From: Pseudomonadota bacterium
GTDB lineage: Bacteria > Pseudomonadota > Alphaproteobacteria > Rhizobiales > JANQQB01
DNA length: 64,000 bases
Direction of reading: 5' to 3'
Assembly: GCA_038745065.1 (NCBI GenBank)
Contig: JBCDLT010000032.1
Location: 1,225-65,224 of the forward strand
Position numbers and translations under genes: made by a program. Below the pieces are notes generated by a model. The model did no database searches. It was given only the letters and a program-made list of their open reading frames with translations, and had not been told where the DNA came from. Shown here in pieces: positions 48,178 to 57,125 of the stretch (the stretch's first letter is position 1; the number at the start of each line of letters is the position of its first letter).

Positions 48178-48537
48178 TTAGTCGACTTTCGCTGACCGTA
48201 CGACGCGTCTCCTGATCGGTTCCCGGCCCAAATTCTCCCCCGGCAGTTCCATCGCCTCCTCCGGCACCGGTACATCCATGTCCAGCCACTGGTCATAGAG
48301 CTCGGGCTTCAGGATTATTGGCATGCGGTGGTGCAGTTGTTCGATCGCCGGATTCGCTGCGGCCGTCAGGATCGTGCAGCTCGTGATGTCGAGGATGCTG
48401 TTGTGCTCCCACAGGCCGGCGAAAGCGAACGGCAGGCTGTCCGACAAGGTGATGTGCCACGGGTCCTTTCCGTCGTCGTCCGAGAGACTTGAGACGTGAA
48501 GACAATAAAGTTGAGACGGCTGGACCCTATTTTGCTC
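48178..48537 (-). pseudogene. N-terminally truncated SOS-response-associated peptidase (SRAP/YedK, DUF159) remnant
   Basis: The frame reads ...DDDGKDPWHITLSDSLPFAFAGLWEHN....SCTILTAAANPAIEQLHHRMPIILKPELYDQWL..., matching only the C-terminal half of SRAP proteins. The obligatory N-terminal MCGR catalytic Cys region is absent. The frame closes with TAA at 48538-48540 and AT-rich DNA follows. Confidence 0.7.
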
Positions 48538-48744
48538 TTAGAATAGACGTTAATTTCGCTGCGCATGTTGAAGAATGGTCGGGTTGAATGCCCAGCAATA
48601 GAAGTATCCGTGTGATTACACTATTAGTTTGCGGGCAAGCCAATCGTTGTTCGTTTGTACGATCTCCAGTCGCACGAAGCGGTCGCATTGGGTCTTTCGT
48701 TTTGGCAGCCATGACAGACGTCGACCGAAAGATATCTGCAGTAA

Positions 48745-49233
48745 ATGGAAAGGAACGCGGCGTTGTTTAAGGCTTTAGCTGCTATCGTTTTACATTCATT
48801 CCTGCTTGCGGCAGCGTCTGCGAACGCGGCGACCATCACCGTCAACGGCGAGATCTGGAATATAACCGGTGTTACAACAAGTTTCGCGAACGATACTTTG
48901 TTGCTGGAAAGTCAGGTGTGGTACAATAACCGCCCTCTCGCCAGGGACTTCGCGACAGCGTACATCGTTCAGGTGCCAGACGGCACCGGAACCGTAAATT
49001 TCCTTCGAGATGCGGGAAGTCTCTTCTCATCAGCGCTCATTGCCAACCCGAATTTTCCAATCTCTCAAGGCATCTCTAGTCGGGTTGACAGGTTAAATAT
49101 CCGCAGAACCTACGCTGTTGGAGAATTCGTTGGTTTAACGCCTGTACCGGTGCCCGCAACATTGCCGCTTCTAGCAGCTGGCTTGGCAGTGTTTGGCGCT
49201 CTCGGGTTCTACAGTCGCAGAAACGTAGCTTGA
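48745..49233 (+). CDS. Secreted protein with VPLPA/PEP-CTERM-like C-terminal sorting signal
   Basis: Signal peptide MERNAALFKALAAIVLHSFLLAAASANA. C-terminus VPVPATLPLLAAGLAVFGALGFYSRRNVA, meaning a Pro-rich motif, a hydrophobic helix and basic residues. Confidence 0.7.
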   Translation: MERNAALFKALAAIVLHSFLLAAASANAATITVNGEIWNITGVTTSFANDTLLLESQVWYNNRPLARDFATAYIVQVPDGTGTVNFLRDAGSLFSSALIANPNFPISQGISSRVDRLNIRRTYAVGEFVGLTPVPVPATLPLLAAGLAVFGALGFYSRRNVA

Positions 49234-49624
49234 AATTCTAATGGGGCGGCGTACGACACCATTCCATGTGCCCGTCCGCCCCGTAGATCTTGGCCAACCC
49301 TTCGGCCACCAGGACCGCCCCAGCCTCTCTCCCATCAGACAACCTGATCGTTGCCAGTGCTGTGACGAGTTTACATCCGGTCCCGCACCCACTCATCAAA
49401 GTTCATCGGTGTGCATTTCTGCACTTCTCGTTTGCGAAGTCGTTTCTTGATCTGTTGCGCAATTCAAGAACAGTGAATCCCGTGTAGGGGGAACGAGCGC
49501 GGATCGCGCAACCTTTCATCAGCTTTCCTGACGAAGGCTGCCGGCGAGCATGAGGGCGTTTGCCCGCCTCTTCTTGGCTGCTTCTTGCCAGATTGGCAGT
49601 TGCAGTTCGTAGAAAGGTTCTGAC

Positions 49625-50356
49625 ATGAGACGATTGCTCTTCGGTCTTGTACTTGGCCTAATGCCGTTTTCTGCGGGTGCGGCAACGGTTTCGAACACAT
49701 ATTTCATCGACCGCGAAATCTCGTTTACAGATAGTTCGCGAGGTTCGATTTATTCCTCTTCGCCGCGGCTCAACACCATCGATGTCGATGAGTTTGATAC
49801 GAGCCTTGGGACGCTTACTGGCATAAGACTGGACTACGAAATTGCGTTCCTTCTGAGCGTCAACGCTTTTGACGATCCGGGTATTTTTGATCGGGCCGAA
49901 GTCGAAGCAAACGTAAGAGGTTTCGTATTAATGCGGGCAGGAACGACATCCACAGGGGCACTCCTGGACGGAACCTCGCGCACTTTGACCGTTTAGTGCG
50001 GTGGCGGCTTCTTTGGAAGGTCATGCGACGACGACGCGATTTCCGATTCTCTCCGAGTTTCAAAGACTGGCAGCCTCGCTTTTTTACCAGCTACCTTCTT
50101 TTCAGAATTCGGGACCTTGCCAAAAATCCGGGTCGACACAACACTAGGCGTGCGACTTCGAGACGGCGAAGAAGCGACTGGTTTCCTGGACTTGATGCCG
50201 ACCTCGGGCGCACGGTTTAAGGTAACTGTCAGCTATGAATATGATACGGCGCCAGTATCCGCCGTTCCTCTACCGGCGGCAGGTTGGACTCTATTGGCGG
50301 CTCTCGGACTTCTGATCGGTTTGCACAGGTCGGGAAGGTCGTCTCAACCTGACTGA
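49625..50356 (+). pseudogene. Second VPLPA-CTERM-type secreted protein gene interrupted by one in-frame TAG (49994-49996)
   Basis: ORFs 49625-49996 (signal peptide MRRLLFGLVLGLMPFSAGA) and 50117-50356 (ends AVPLPAAGWTLLAALGLLIGLHRSGR) are in the same frame. I translated 49997-50116 and found no further stop. The FDTSLGTLTGIRL motif resembles PEP-CTERM cargo families. Confidence 0.7.
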
Positions 50357-50364
50357 GTGGGGTG

Positions 50365-50870
50365 TCGTCGCCCAACTCGCTCTTCTCTGAGGCCTTCCAG
50401 AAGCAGCCCTTCGCGCGCTACGCAGCAACTCACGTGATCGGCTTAAACTTGTCGTTCGCCAATTGGAAAGTTTATCGTTAGTTCAGCCGGTTCCGGATTG
50501 TCGACATCAATTCCTGACGCCCCGGTGCTCCGTACCACTGTGCCAAACCCTGCTCAGCAAGCATGGCGAACGCTGTAGAGCCATTCGGCAACCTGACCGA
50601 TGGGCACCCTAAGGCTGGAAAGACTTCCCTGCAAAGCCTGCAAACGTCAGCAACCAGTGAAGCCGTTCGGTTTCGAGCTTGCCTGAACGGTGATCGTAAC
50701 GCGCGATTTTTGCCGACCGCACCCGACCCCTCAGCCGCGCTGGGTTGGTCTTGACGGACGTCTCGTCAATGAACGCCGACCGATAGGGCGCGGTCCGCAT
50801 GCTGGGCTAACGGCCCGTGATCCACTCCTGCCGGGCGGACTGCTGTGCTGGCGCTCACACCGGACACCCG
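50365..50870 (-). mobile_element. Degraded, 5'-truncated IS630-family transposase remnant (multiple frameshifts and stops)
   Basis: Minus-strand translation gives ...RSAFIDETSVKTNPARLRGR....HW..TFAG.. (DDE first-Asp region). In shifted frames it gives LPNGSTAFAMLAEQGLA, IDVDN and KFKPI / ELLRSARRA, matching the order of IS630 transposase motifs (PINGxxFxxYVEQxLxP, DIVVMDN, SPDxNPIE, KLKxLLR). Confidence 0.65.
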
Positions 50871-50975
50871 GCCGGCGGCCCGTGCCGGGTGTCCCTGATC
50901 GATTTACCCAACAATTCGATCTCGAAGATCCTGCGAATACCGTTTGTTTGTACGTCGGCTGTGCAGAGAGTGTCG

Positions 50976-51008
50976 AAAAAAGCTGCGGGCGGGGTCAACC
51001 GCCCGCAG
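50976..51008 (-). terminator. Intrinsic terminator downstream of the peptidase gene
   Basis: On the minus strand: ctgcgggcgg-ttgacc-ccgcccgcag followed by cttttttc. Confidence 0.65.
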
Positions 51009-51017
51009 ACCGTATCG

Positions 51018-52615
51018 CTAGCGCTTGATGAACACCGCAGGTACCAGCGCTCCAGCGGGACCGTAATTGATCCGGCCCACCGCCCGGTTTGCGTCCCAGC
51101 TCATGGCGTGAAACATCCCGATTTCGCGCAGCCCACGCCGAAAGATGAAGGACCGTTGGTTTTGCGCGCGCGGCATGACGGTGTTGTAGAGCACGCTGCC
51201 TTCGAGGATACGTGGCTGTCCCAGCGCCTGGTCGTAGCGCAGCTGGACGGTGGAAACCGGCCCACCGCGACCCGTGTGTACCTCCCACGTGCCCTGGGCG
51301 CGTTGCCAGTCGACCCCGCGAACCCGTGCGGGCGCGCGGGGCGCAGTCACATCCTCGCGCCACATGTAGCCGCCATAGACGGACCCGTTAGGATCGCGGT
51401 GCTGGCCGCTGGCAAAGCTGAAATCCTCCGTCAGCGTATAATCGAACTTGCGACCGGTGAGCGTGTCATAGGGCGCGTTGGCATTGTTTCTGTCGATGTA
51501 GAAGCGAATGCGATTGCCCGACATCGTGCCATTCACCCGGTACGGCGTGCCGTTGGCCGCAAAATAGGTGCCAATGCGCCGATCCTTCAGATCGTCGCGG
51601 GTCTCGGTGAGGGTATTCATCACGCCGGGTACTTTGTTGATGTCGACCACACCGCGGTGGCCGTCAAAGATTATGTTCCAGCGTCCGAGAAAGGCCACCT
51701 CGCGCCACCGCCGGGGTTCGCTCACTCCGGTGATGTACCCGGCATTCACCAGGTTGCCCCGCATGAATCCATAGCTGAGATAGGTAAACCCGTCCGATCG
51801 AGTGCCACCGTTGGAAACGCCCCAGCTGTTCTTGGCGATAAAATAGTGGTTGGCCGGATTTGGATGGGTTTTGTCATACCCGACGAGCAACATTGCATGC
51901 CCGGCCGGAGGACATCCACCCGGGCAGTCGTCGATCAGGATCGCATCACGCCGGCCCGCGTTCCGGATCACACCGGTGCCGTTGGTAAAGCCCGCCGTAA
52001 CCTCGCGATTCTGGGCAAGTTGCCCCTCAATCTGGCGCAGCGCCGAATTGATCCCGTTGGCGAAGCTGATGTCGGCATATCCCGTCCCGGCGTAGTACCT
52101 GGGCGCTTCAAGCGCTTCGCGTGGCCAGATGCCGCTGGTTAGGTTGAAATCGTTCATGGTCCTTTGGTTTTGCCAGAACGGCGAATTCCATCGGTTAGCG
52201 ACCCGCGGGTCGTCATTCACGGTGTACCGGGACCGGTAGGGCCAATCCCGTTCCGTCGGTACCTTGATCCCGCTCGACAAAAGCCGGAGTGTTTCGGTTG
52301 CCGTCCCGCCGCCGCCATACGCCAGTTGGTTTTCGGATTGATCGGCGCTTGCCGAGGCGATGTTCGACCACCGGGTCAGCCACATCGTCTTGATCGCGCT
52401 TCGCGCAAAGCTTTCTGACAGGTCCACGCGGATGCCGCGCCGCAGATAGGCAGCCTCGATCGCGGCCAAAGCAGCAAAATGGTACATGTATTCTGGTTTC
52501 TCTGGTCCCTGATCCCGGTCTGCTGGGAACGCAGGTCGACCCTGTTTTGTGCCGCGGCTACGGACGAAAATCCCAATGTAAAAACAACAAGGCACATAAT
52601 ATTTCTAAACTTCAT
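51018..52615 (-). CDS. Secreted papain-like (C1 family) cysteine peptidase with an uncharacterised C-terminal domain of about 230 aa; reading frame broken by an apparent 1-nt frameshift at the catalytic Cys
   Basis: Frame A (52615 to ~52484): signal peptide MKFRNIMCLVVFTLGFSSVAAA, then GIRDQRNQNTC (Gln 6 residues before Cys, as in papain). Frame B (from ~52481): HFAALAAIEAAY...GHAMLLVGYD...YFIAKNSWG (His and Asn motifs). The switch requires one extra base near 52481-52483. Confidence 0.75.
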
Positions 52616-52820
52616 CAACTTCTACTTTCTTAATCTCGTGTTCCAATCGCGTTTTGATTGCTACGAGACTGTCCGTTCTCCTTCGTTATTTCATCGTGAA
52701 TCCGCGCGAGACTTCGCGTCCCGGATCATTCAAGAACAAACCGGAGGATCCGCTTCGGTTCTCCCGCACGGATTTTCGGCTTGCGCCAAAACCCCGCAGA
52801 TACTAAGGATTTTCAAGTGT

Positions 52821-52897
52821 CGGAGCGTAGCGCAGCCAGGTAGCGCACTTGTCTGGGGGACAAGGGGTCGTGGGTTCGAATCCCGCCGCTCCGACCA
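52821..52897 (+). tRNA. tRNA-Pro (anticodon GGG)
   Basis: Cloverleaf folded by hand. Acceptor cggagcg/cgctccg, D stem gcgc/gcgc, anticodon stem cttgt/acaag with loop ctGGGgg, T stem gtggg/cccgc with ttcgaat loop, and an encoded CCA. Confidence 0.95.
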
Positions 52898-52932
52898 TTT
52901 TGCAAAGTGTCCGTTCCGGACAGTTCCAGACC

Positions 52933-54225
52933 TTATGACGGCGCTTTCTGCGGCATTGCTTGTCCCGCAGCCCGCTCCCGCGCCGCCAGCGCGAAACAGC
53001 CCCATACGAAGCCATAGAGCATGAAGAGATGCCGCCAGTGGTCGGTGTCGATGATGATGCCGCACAACACATGGGCGACGAAAACCACATAGGCTGCGCG
53101 GTAGAAGGGTGACCACTCGCGGCCCCGGAAAAGAAGCGGAAAGCCGCGGACCAGCGTCCACAGGGTAAAGGCGATGTAGCTGAACCCGCCGAGCCAGCCG
53201 TAGTCCAGAAGGCTCTTCATGTAGATGTTGTGCGGGTCTTCCGGAAAGTAGTTGCGGAACTGCATCGGCCCGATGCCGAGCGGCGCTTCGAATGCCATGG
53301 CAAAGCCGTGGCTATAGCGCGCGAACCGTCCGTACCGGGCTGAATCGTAGGGCTGGACCAGTTTCGCGCGCTCTGCGAACAGGTCCGAGACCGCATCGAA
53401 GGAAAGCGCCACGCCAAGACCGACGACGAGGAGCACCGCGCCGGCGGTCGCAATCCCGATGATGCGCAGGCGCACGACGGGCCGCGGATCCTTGAGGAAA
53501 ACGATCAGCGTCAGGCTGAGACACGTGAACAGCGTCATGCCCCAGGCGGCGCGAGAGAAGCTGAGGAACACCCCGAACAGAAGGATCAGCAAGAACGGCA
53601 CGAACCGGATCGTCCGGCGCAGCGGTTCGGTCAGGAAATCGTGGACCAGAAGGCCGATGGGAAAGATCAGGAACGGTCCGAATACGTTCGGGTCTTCGAA
53701 CGTGCCCTTGGCGCGGTTGTAGAGCGTGAAGGATTCCGAGCCGGGGATCGCATGGAAGTATCCGAGAATGCCGATGAGCGCGACAACCACGGCGCTTGCG
53801 ATGTAGGCCGTACGCAACACCCGGATCGTGCGCACGTCGCCGGCGATCAGACTGGCGAAGAACATGTAGGTGCCGACCAGGAAGGCCGACACGGCCATGT
53901 AGAGCGGGACATGACCGAAGACGGTGGCCTGGGTCATGGAAATCAGGCCGCCGGCGATGAACAGGATCATCAGGATGAAGCCTGGCGCCTGCTGCGGATA
54001 AAACCGCAGGCCGCCGATAAGGAATCCACCGGCAATCAGCGGAACCATCATGAGATCGAACGGCGCCGGCTCACGCAGCACGAAGCCGCTGGAAAACACG
54101 CACAGCCAAACCAGGCTGAGGCCCGCAAACCGGGTAATCGTGCGCTGGCGCTGAAGCGCCGCATCGCGGGATTCAGCCCGCACCGGCCCGGTGTCGGGCG
54201 CCGGGTCCGTCAGCACGAGGGTCAA
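52933..54225 (-). CDS. O-antigen ligase/Wzy-like polysaccharide polymerase membrane protein
   Basis: About 10-12 hydrophobic segments. LSFSRAAWG and GIGPMQF....EDPHNIY...L..YGW.GG motifs are typical of the Wzy_C family. Confidence 0.85.
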   Translation of the reverse strand: MTLVLTDPAPDTGPVRAESRDAALQRQRTITRFAGLSLVWLCVFSSGFVLREPAPFDLMMVPLIAGGFLIGGLRFYPQQAPGFILMILFIAGGLISMTQATVFGHVPLYMAVSAFLVGTYMFFASLIAGDVRTIRVLRTAYIASAVVVALIGILGYFHAIPGSESFTLYNRAKGTFEDPNVFGPFLIFPIGLLVHDFLTEPLRRTIRFVPFLLILLFGVFLSFSRAAWGMTLFTCLSLTLIVFLKDPRPVVRLRIIGIATAGAVLLVVGLGVALSFDAVSDLFAERAKLVQPYDSARYGRFARYSHGFAMAFEAPLGIGPMQFRNYFPEDPHNIYMKSLLDYGWLGGFSYIAFTLWTLVRGFPLLFRGREWSPFYRAAYVVFVAHVLCGIIIDTDHWRHLFMLYGFVWGCFALAARERAAGQAMPQKAPS

Positions 54226-55754
54226 TACGCGTTATCCGTATTGAGAAGCTTGAGCGGCGTCAGCATGAGAATGCGCAGGTCGAACAGCACCGACCAGTTC
54301 TCGATGTAGTAGAGGTCGCAATCCACCCGGCCCTTGATCTTGTCCGGCGTATCGACTTCACCGCGCCAGCCGTTGATCTGGGCCCAGCCGGTGACGCCGG
54401 GTTTGACCTTGTGGCGGGCAAAATAATGGTCGACGACTTCTTCCCAACGCTTGTTTTGTGTATGCGCGTTGACCGCATGCGGACGCGGCCCGACAAGCGA
54501 AAGTGTGCCGAACAGGACATTGACCAATTGCGGCAATTCATCGATCGACGTCTTGCGGATGAACCGGCCGACACGGGTAACCCGCGGATCGTTCCGGGTG
54601 ACCACTTTGGCCGCCTTCGGATCGGCCATGTGATGGTACATAGACCGGAACTTCAGGATCTCGATCTCGTCGTTGTTGAAGCCGTAGCGCTTCTGGCGGA
54701 ACAGCACCGGGCCGGGGCTTTCAAGCCGGATGGCGATCGCGGCGATGAGCATGACCGGCGACAGGGCAATCAGGGCAAGGCTCGCAAAGACCAGGTCGAA
54801 CAGCCGTTTGTTAAGCGAATCCCAGTCGGCGATCGGTTTTTCGAACACATCGACCAGCGGAACCGAACCGATATAGGAATAGGAGCGCGGCCGGAACCGC
54901 AATTTGTCGGTATGGGCCGACAGCCGGATGTCGAGCGGCAGGATCCACAGCTTGCGCAGCATGTCCAGCACCCGGCTTTCCGCCTTGATCGGCAGCGACA
55001 CGATCAACAGGTCGAGATGCGTCTGCCGGGCAAAACTCACCAATTGGCCGACCGTGCCGAGTTTCGGGTAACCCGCGATCGAGGCCGGTGAGCGATCGTC
55101 GGAGCGGTCATCGAAAATGCCGCAGATCCGGATGTCGTTGTCCGGCTGCGCCTCGAGCGACTGAATCAGGTCTTCGGCGTTTCGGCCCCCGCCGACGATC
55201 ACCGCTCGCCGTTCCAGGAGACCCTCCCGGCGCCAGCGCCCGATCAGATGCGCCAGCACCGTGCGTCCGACGAAAAAGTATCCGAAGATCGACGCGTACC
55301 AGGCGCCGAACCAGGCCCGCGAATAGGCTGCGTCGATCGACAGGAAGAAGGCGAGCGCGGCAAAGAACGCAAAGACCACCGAAATGCCGATGAAGATGCG
55401 CCCCACCTGTGTCACCAGCGACCGCATGGCGGTCAGGTCGTAGGCTTCGACGGCCTGCAGGAGCACGATCGACAGCACCGAACTGGCGAGGATCGGCGTC
55501 AGGTAGGCGAGGGCGTCGGTTGCGAGCAGCCCATAGCCTGCCGCGGTCGCAAAGCCGAGCGCGAGGATCGCGATGAAATCGAGCAGTCGGGTCACGCCGG
55601 TCACAAGGCGGGCCGACAACGGTTTGTTGGAAAACAGGGCGGCCACCCGTTGCGCTTCGGCACCGAGATCCGTCGGGTCGGCATCGACCGGGTCACCGGC
55701 GACGGCAAGCTTGGCGGCGGAACGGAATTTCAGTCGGGGATCGATTTCGTTCAT
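54222..55754 (-). CDS. Exopolysaccharide priming polyprenyl-phosphate hexose-1-phosphate transferase (WbaP/ExoY-like)
   Basis: N-terminal TM block, a central Rossmann-like part ([10 protein letters not shown]), and a C-terminal bacterial sugar transferase domain: [43 protein letters not shown].....I.KFRSM...DELPQL.NVL.G..SLVGPRP. Confidence 0.9.
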   Translation of the reverse strand: MNEIDPRLKFRSAAKLAVAGDPVDADPTDLGAEAQRVAALFSNKPLSARLVTGVTRLLDFIAILALGFATAAGYGLLATDALAYLTPILASSVLSIVLLQAVEAYDLTAMRSLVTQVGRIFIGISVVFAFFAALAFFLSIDAAYSRAWFGAWYASIFGYFFVGRTVLAHLIGRWRREGLLERRAVIVGGGRNAEDLIQSLEAQPDNDIRICGIFDDRSDDRSPASIAGYPKLGTVGQLVSFARQTHLDLLIVSLPIKAESRVLDMLRKLWILPLDIRLSAHTDKLRFRPRSYSYIGSVPLVDVFEKPIADWDSLNKRLFDLVFASLALIALSPVMLIAAIAIRLESPGPVLFRQKRYGFNNDEIEILKFRSMYHHMADPKAAKVVTRNDPRVTRVGRFIRKTSIDELPQLVNVLFGTLSLVGPRPHAVNAHTQNKRWEEVVDHYFARHKVKPGVTGWAQINGWRGEVDTPDKIKGRVDCDLYYIENWSVLFDLRILMLTPLKLLNTDNAY

Positions 55755-56971
55755 GACGCATGCTCCCGCGGGAGGGAGCGAGAGGTCTCGGGCGCCGTGC
55801 GCTCGCGATTCCGGCGCGGGGCTGATTGCCGTCCGGGCGTCAACGCGTCCCGGTAAATGCGTTCGACGCTTTCGGCCATGATCGCGACCGAAAACCGGCC
55901 GGAAAGCTGGTTTGCCCGGACGCGTGCTTCTTCGCGCATGGTGTCATGGGCTTCGACGGCGCGCCGCATGGCATCTGTCAGCGCGTCCACGTTGTCCGGC
56001 GGCACCAGGCGCTCACTGTCATTCATGAAGATTTCCGGAATGCCGCCGACACGGGTCGCGACGATCGGCATTTGTGCCGCGACCGCCTCCAGCACGATGT
56101 ACGGCATGGATTCGCCTCGCGACGGCACGACAATGGTGCGCGCCTGGGAGAAGGCGTCGCGCGCCGGCATCTGTTCATGGAACCGGATGATGTCCGACAG
56201 GCCGAGCTCGGTGGTCAGGTGTTTGTAGTCTTCGCGTTCCGGGCCGTCGCCGACCATGTGCGCGGTGATCGCCGTGCCGTCGTCGCGCAAGGCCTTGACG
56301 GCCCGAATGAAGACATCCGGTCCCTTAATGGCGCGCAGCATGCCGATGTAAAGGAAATCGCGTTGCACCGGCGCGGCGGCGACCGGCTCGAATTCGGCCG
56401 GTGCCAGACCGTTATAGACGACCTCGGCCGGCACGCGCGGGCTTCCCACCTTGCCGGCGTATTCGTCGCGTTCGTAGGCGCTCACGAAGATCAGGCGATC
56501 GGTGAGGAACTCGAAAAACCGCTCCAGGCCGAACAGGATCCGGCCTTTGGTCGAACGGGCGTCGTAGTGCAGGCTGCCGCCGTGCGGGCAATAGATGCGC
56601 AGCGGCTTCTGTCCGACAAGGCGCAACAGCGTGCCGACGATCCGTACGAAGGCGCCGCCCTTCGATCCGTGTCCGTGCAGGACATCCGCGCGCATGGCGC
56701 GCGCCATGCCGAATACTGTCGCGCCGGCCTTCAGGTCGCTGATGTGGATCTCGCGTTCCATCGGCAGCGTCTCGATGCCGAGATCGAGAAACGGCCGCAG
56801 CCGGTCGATCTGATGGGCTTCAAACCGCCCGATCGTGTTGGAATCGCAAATCAGACCGACATGGTGTCCGGCCTTCGCCTGTTCGCCTGCAAGGTCCGCA
56901 ATGTGTCGGTAGATGCCGCCGATCGGCGCTCGGACACAATGGACGATGCGCAGCTTTTCCCCACTTGCCAT
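55751..56971 (-). CDS. Glycosyltransferase family 4 (GT-B)
   Basis: N-terminal LRIVHCVRAPIGGIYRH. C-terminal ...VVPSRGESMPYIVLEAVAAQMPIVATRVGGIPEI (EX7E-type motif). ATGA overlap with the downstream transferase gene. Confidence 0.9.
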   Translation of the reverse strand: MASGEKLRIVHCVRAPIGGIYRHIADLAGEQAKAGHHVGLICDSNTIGRFEAHQIDRLRPFLDLGIETLPMEREIHISDLKAGATVFGMARAMRADVLHGHGSKGGAFVRIVGTLLRLVGQKPLRIYCPHGGSLHYDARSTKGRILFGLERFFEFLTDRLIFVSAYERDEYAGKVGSPRVPAEVVYNGLAPAEFEPVAAAPVQRDFLYIGMLRAIKGPDVFIRAVKALRDDGTAITAHMVGDGPEREDYKHLTTELGLSDIIRFHEQMPARDAFSQARTIVVPSRGESMPYIVLEAVAAQMPIVATRVGGIPEIFMNDSERLVPPDNVDALTDAMRRAVEAHDTMREEARVRANQLSGRFSVAIMAESVERIYRDALTPGRQSAPRRNRERTAPETSRSLPREHAS

Positions 56972-57125
56972 CTTTCATACCCGCCTGTCGGAGTCTGTTT
57001 TTTGTGGGTCCACCAACCCGTATTACAGACTTTGTACCAAAAGGCGGTGTGAATCCGGTTAAGTGAACCGGTAAAATGCCGTTGGGTTATTTGAGATCTT
57101 CTTAACCAATATTGGAGCAGCTGGA

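Noticed and set aside
49403-49519. A 38-codon minus-strand mini-ORF whose product contains GFTVLEL, resembling the prepilin cleavage/methylation motif G/FTLIEL.
   Set aside because: The motif is not followed by the obligatory hydrophobic helix (RNRSRNDF... instead) in any frame. It is likely a coincidence, or at best an unrecognisable remnant.
50817-52142. A 441-aa plus-strand ORF opposite the peptidase gene.
   Set aside because: It is antisense to a gene with papain His/Asn motifs, and its composition is implausible.
52821-52933. tRNA-Pro as an integrase-mediated island attachment site.
   Set aside because: No integrase gene and no direct repeat of the tRNA 3' end were seen on either side. 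The tRNA 3' end points toward the polysaccharide locus, not the low-GC island, so only adjacency is reported.
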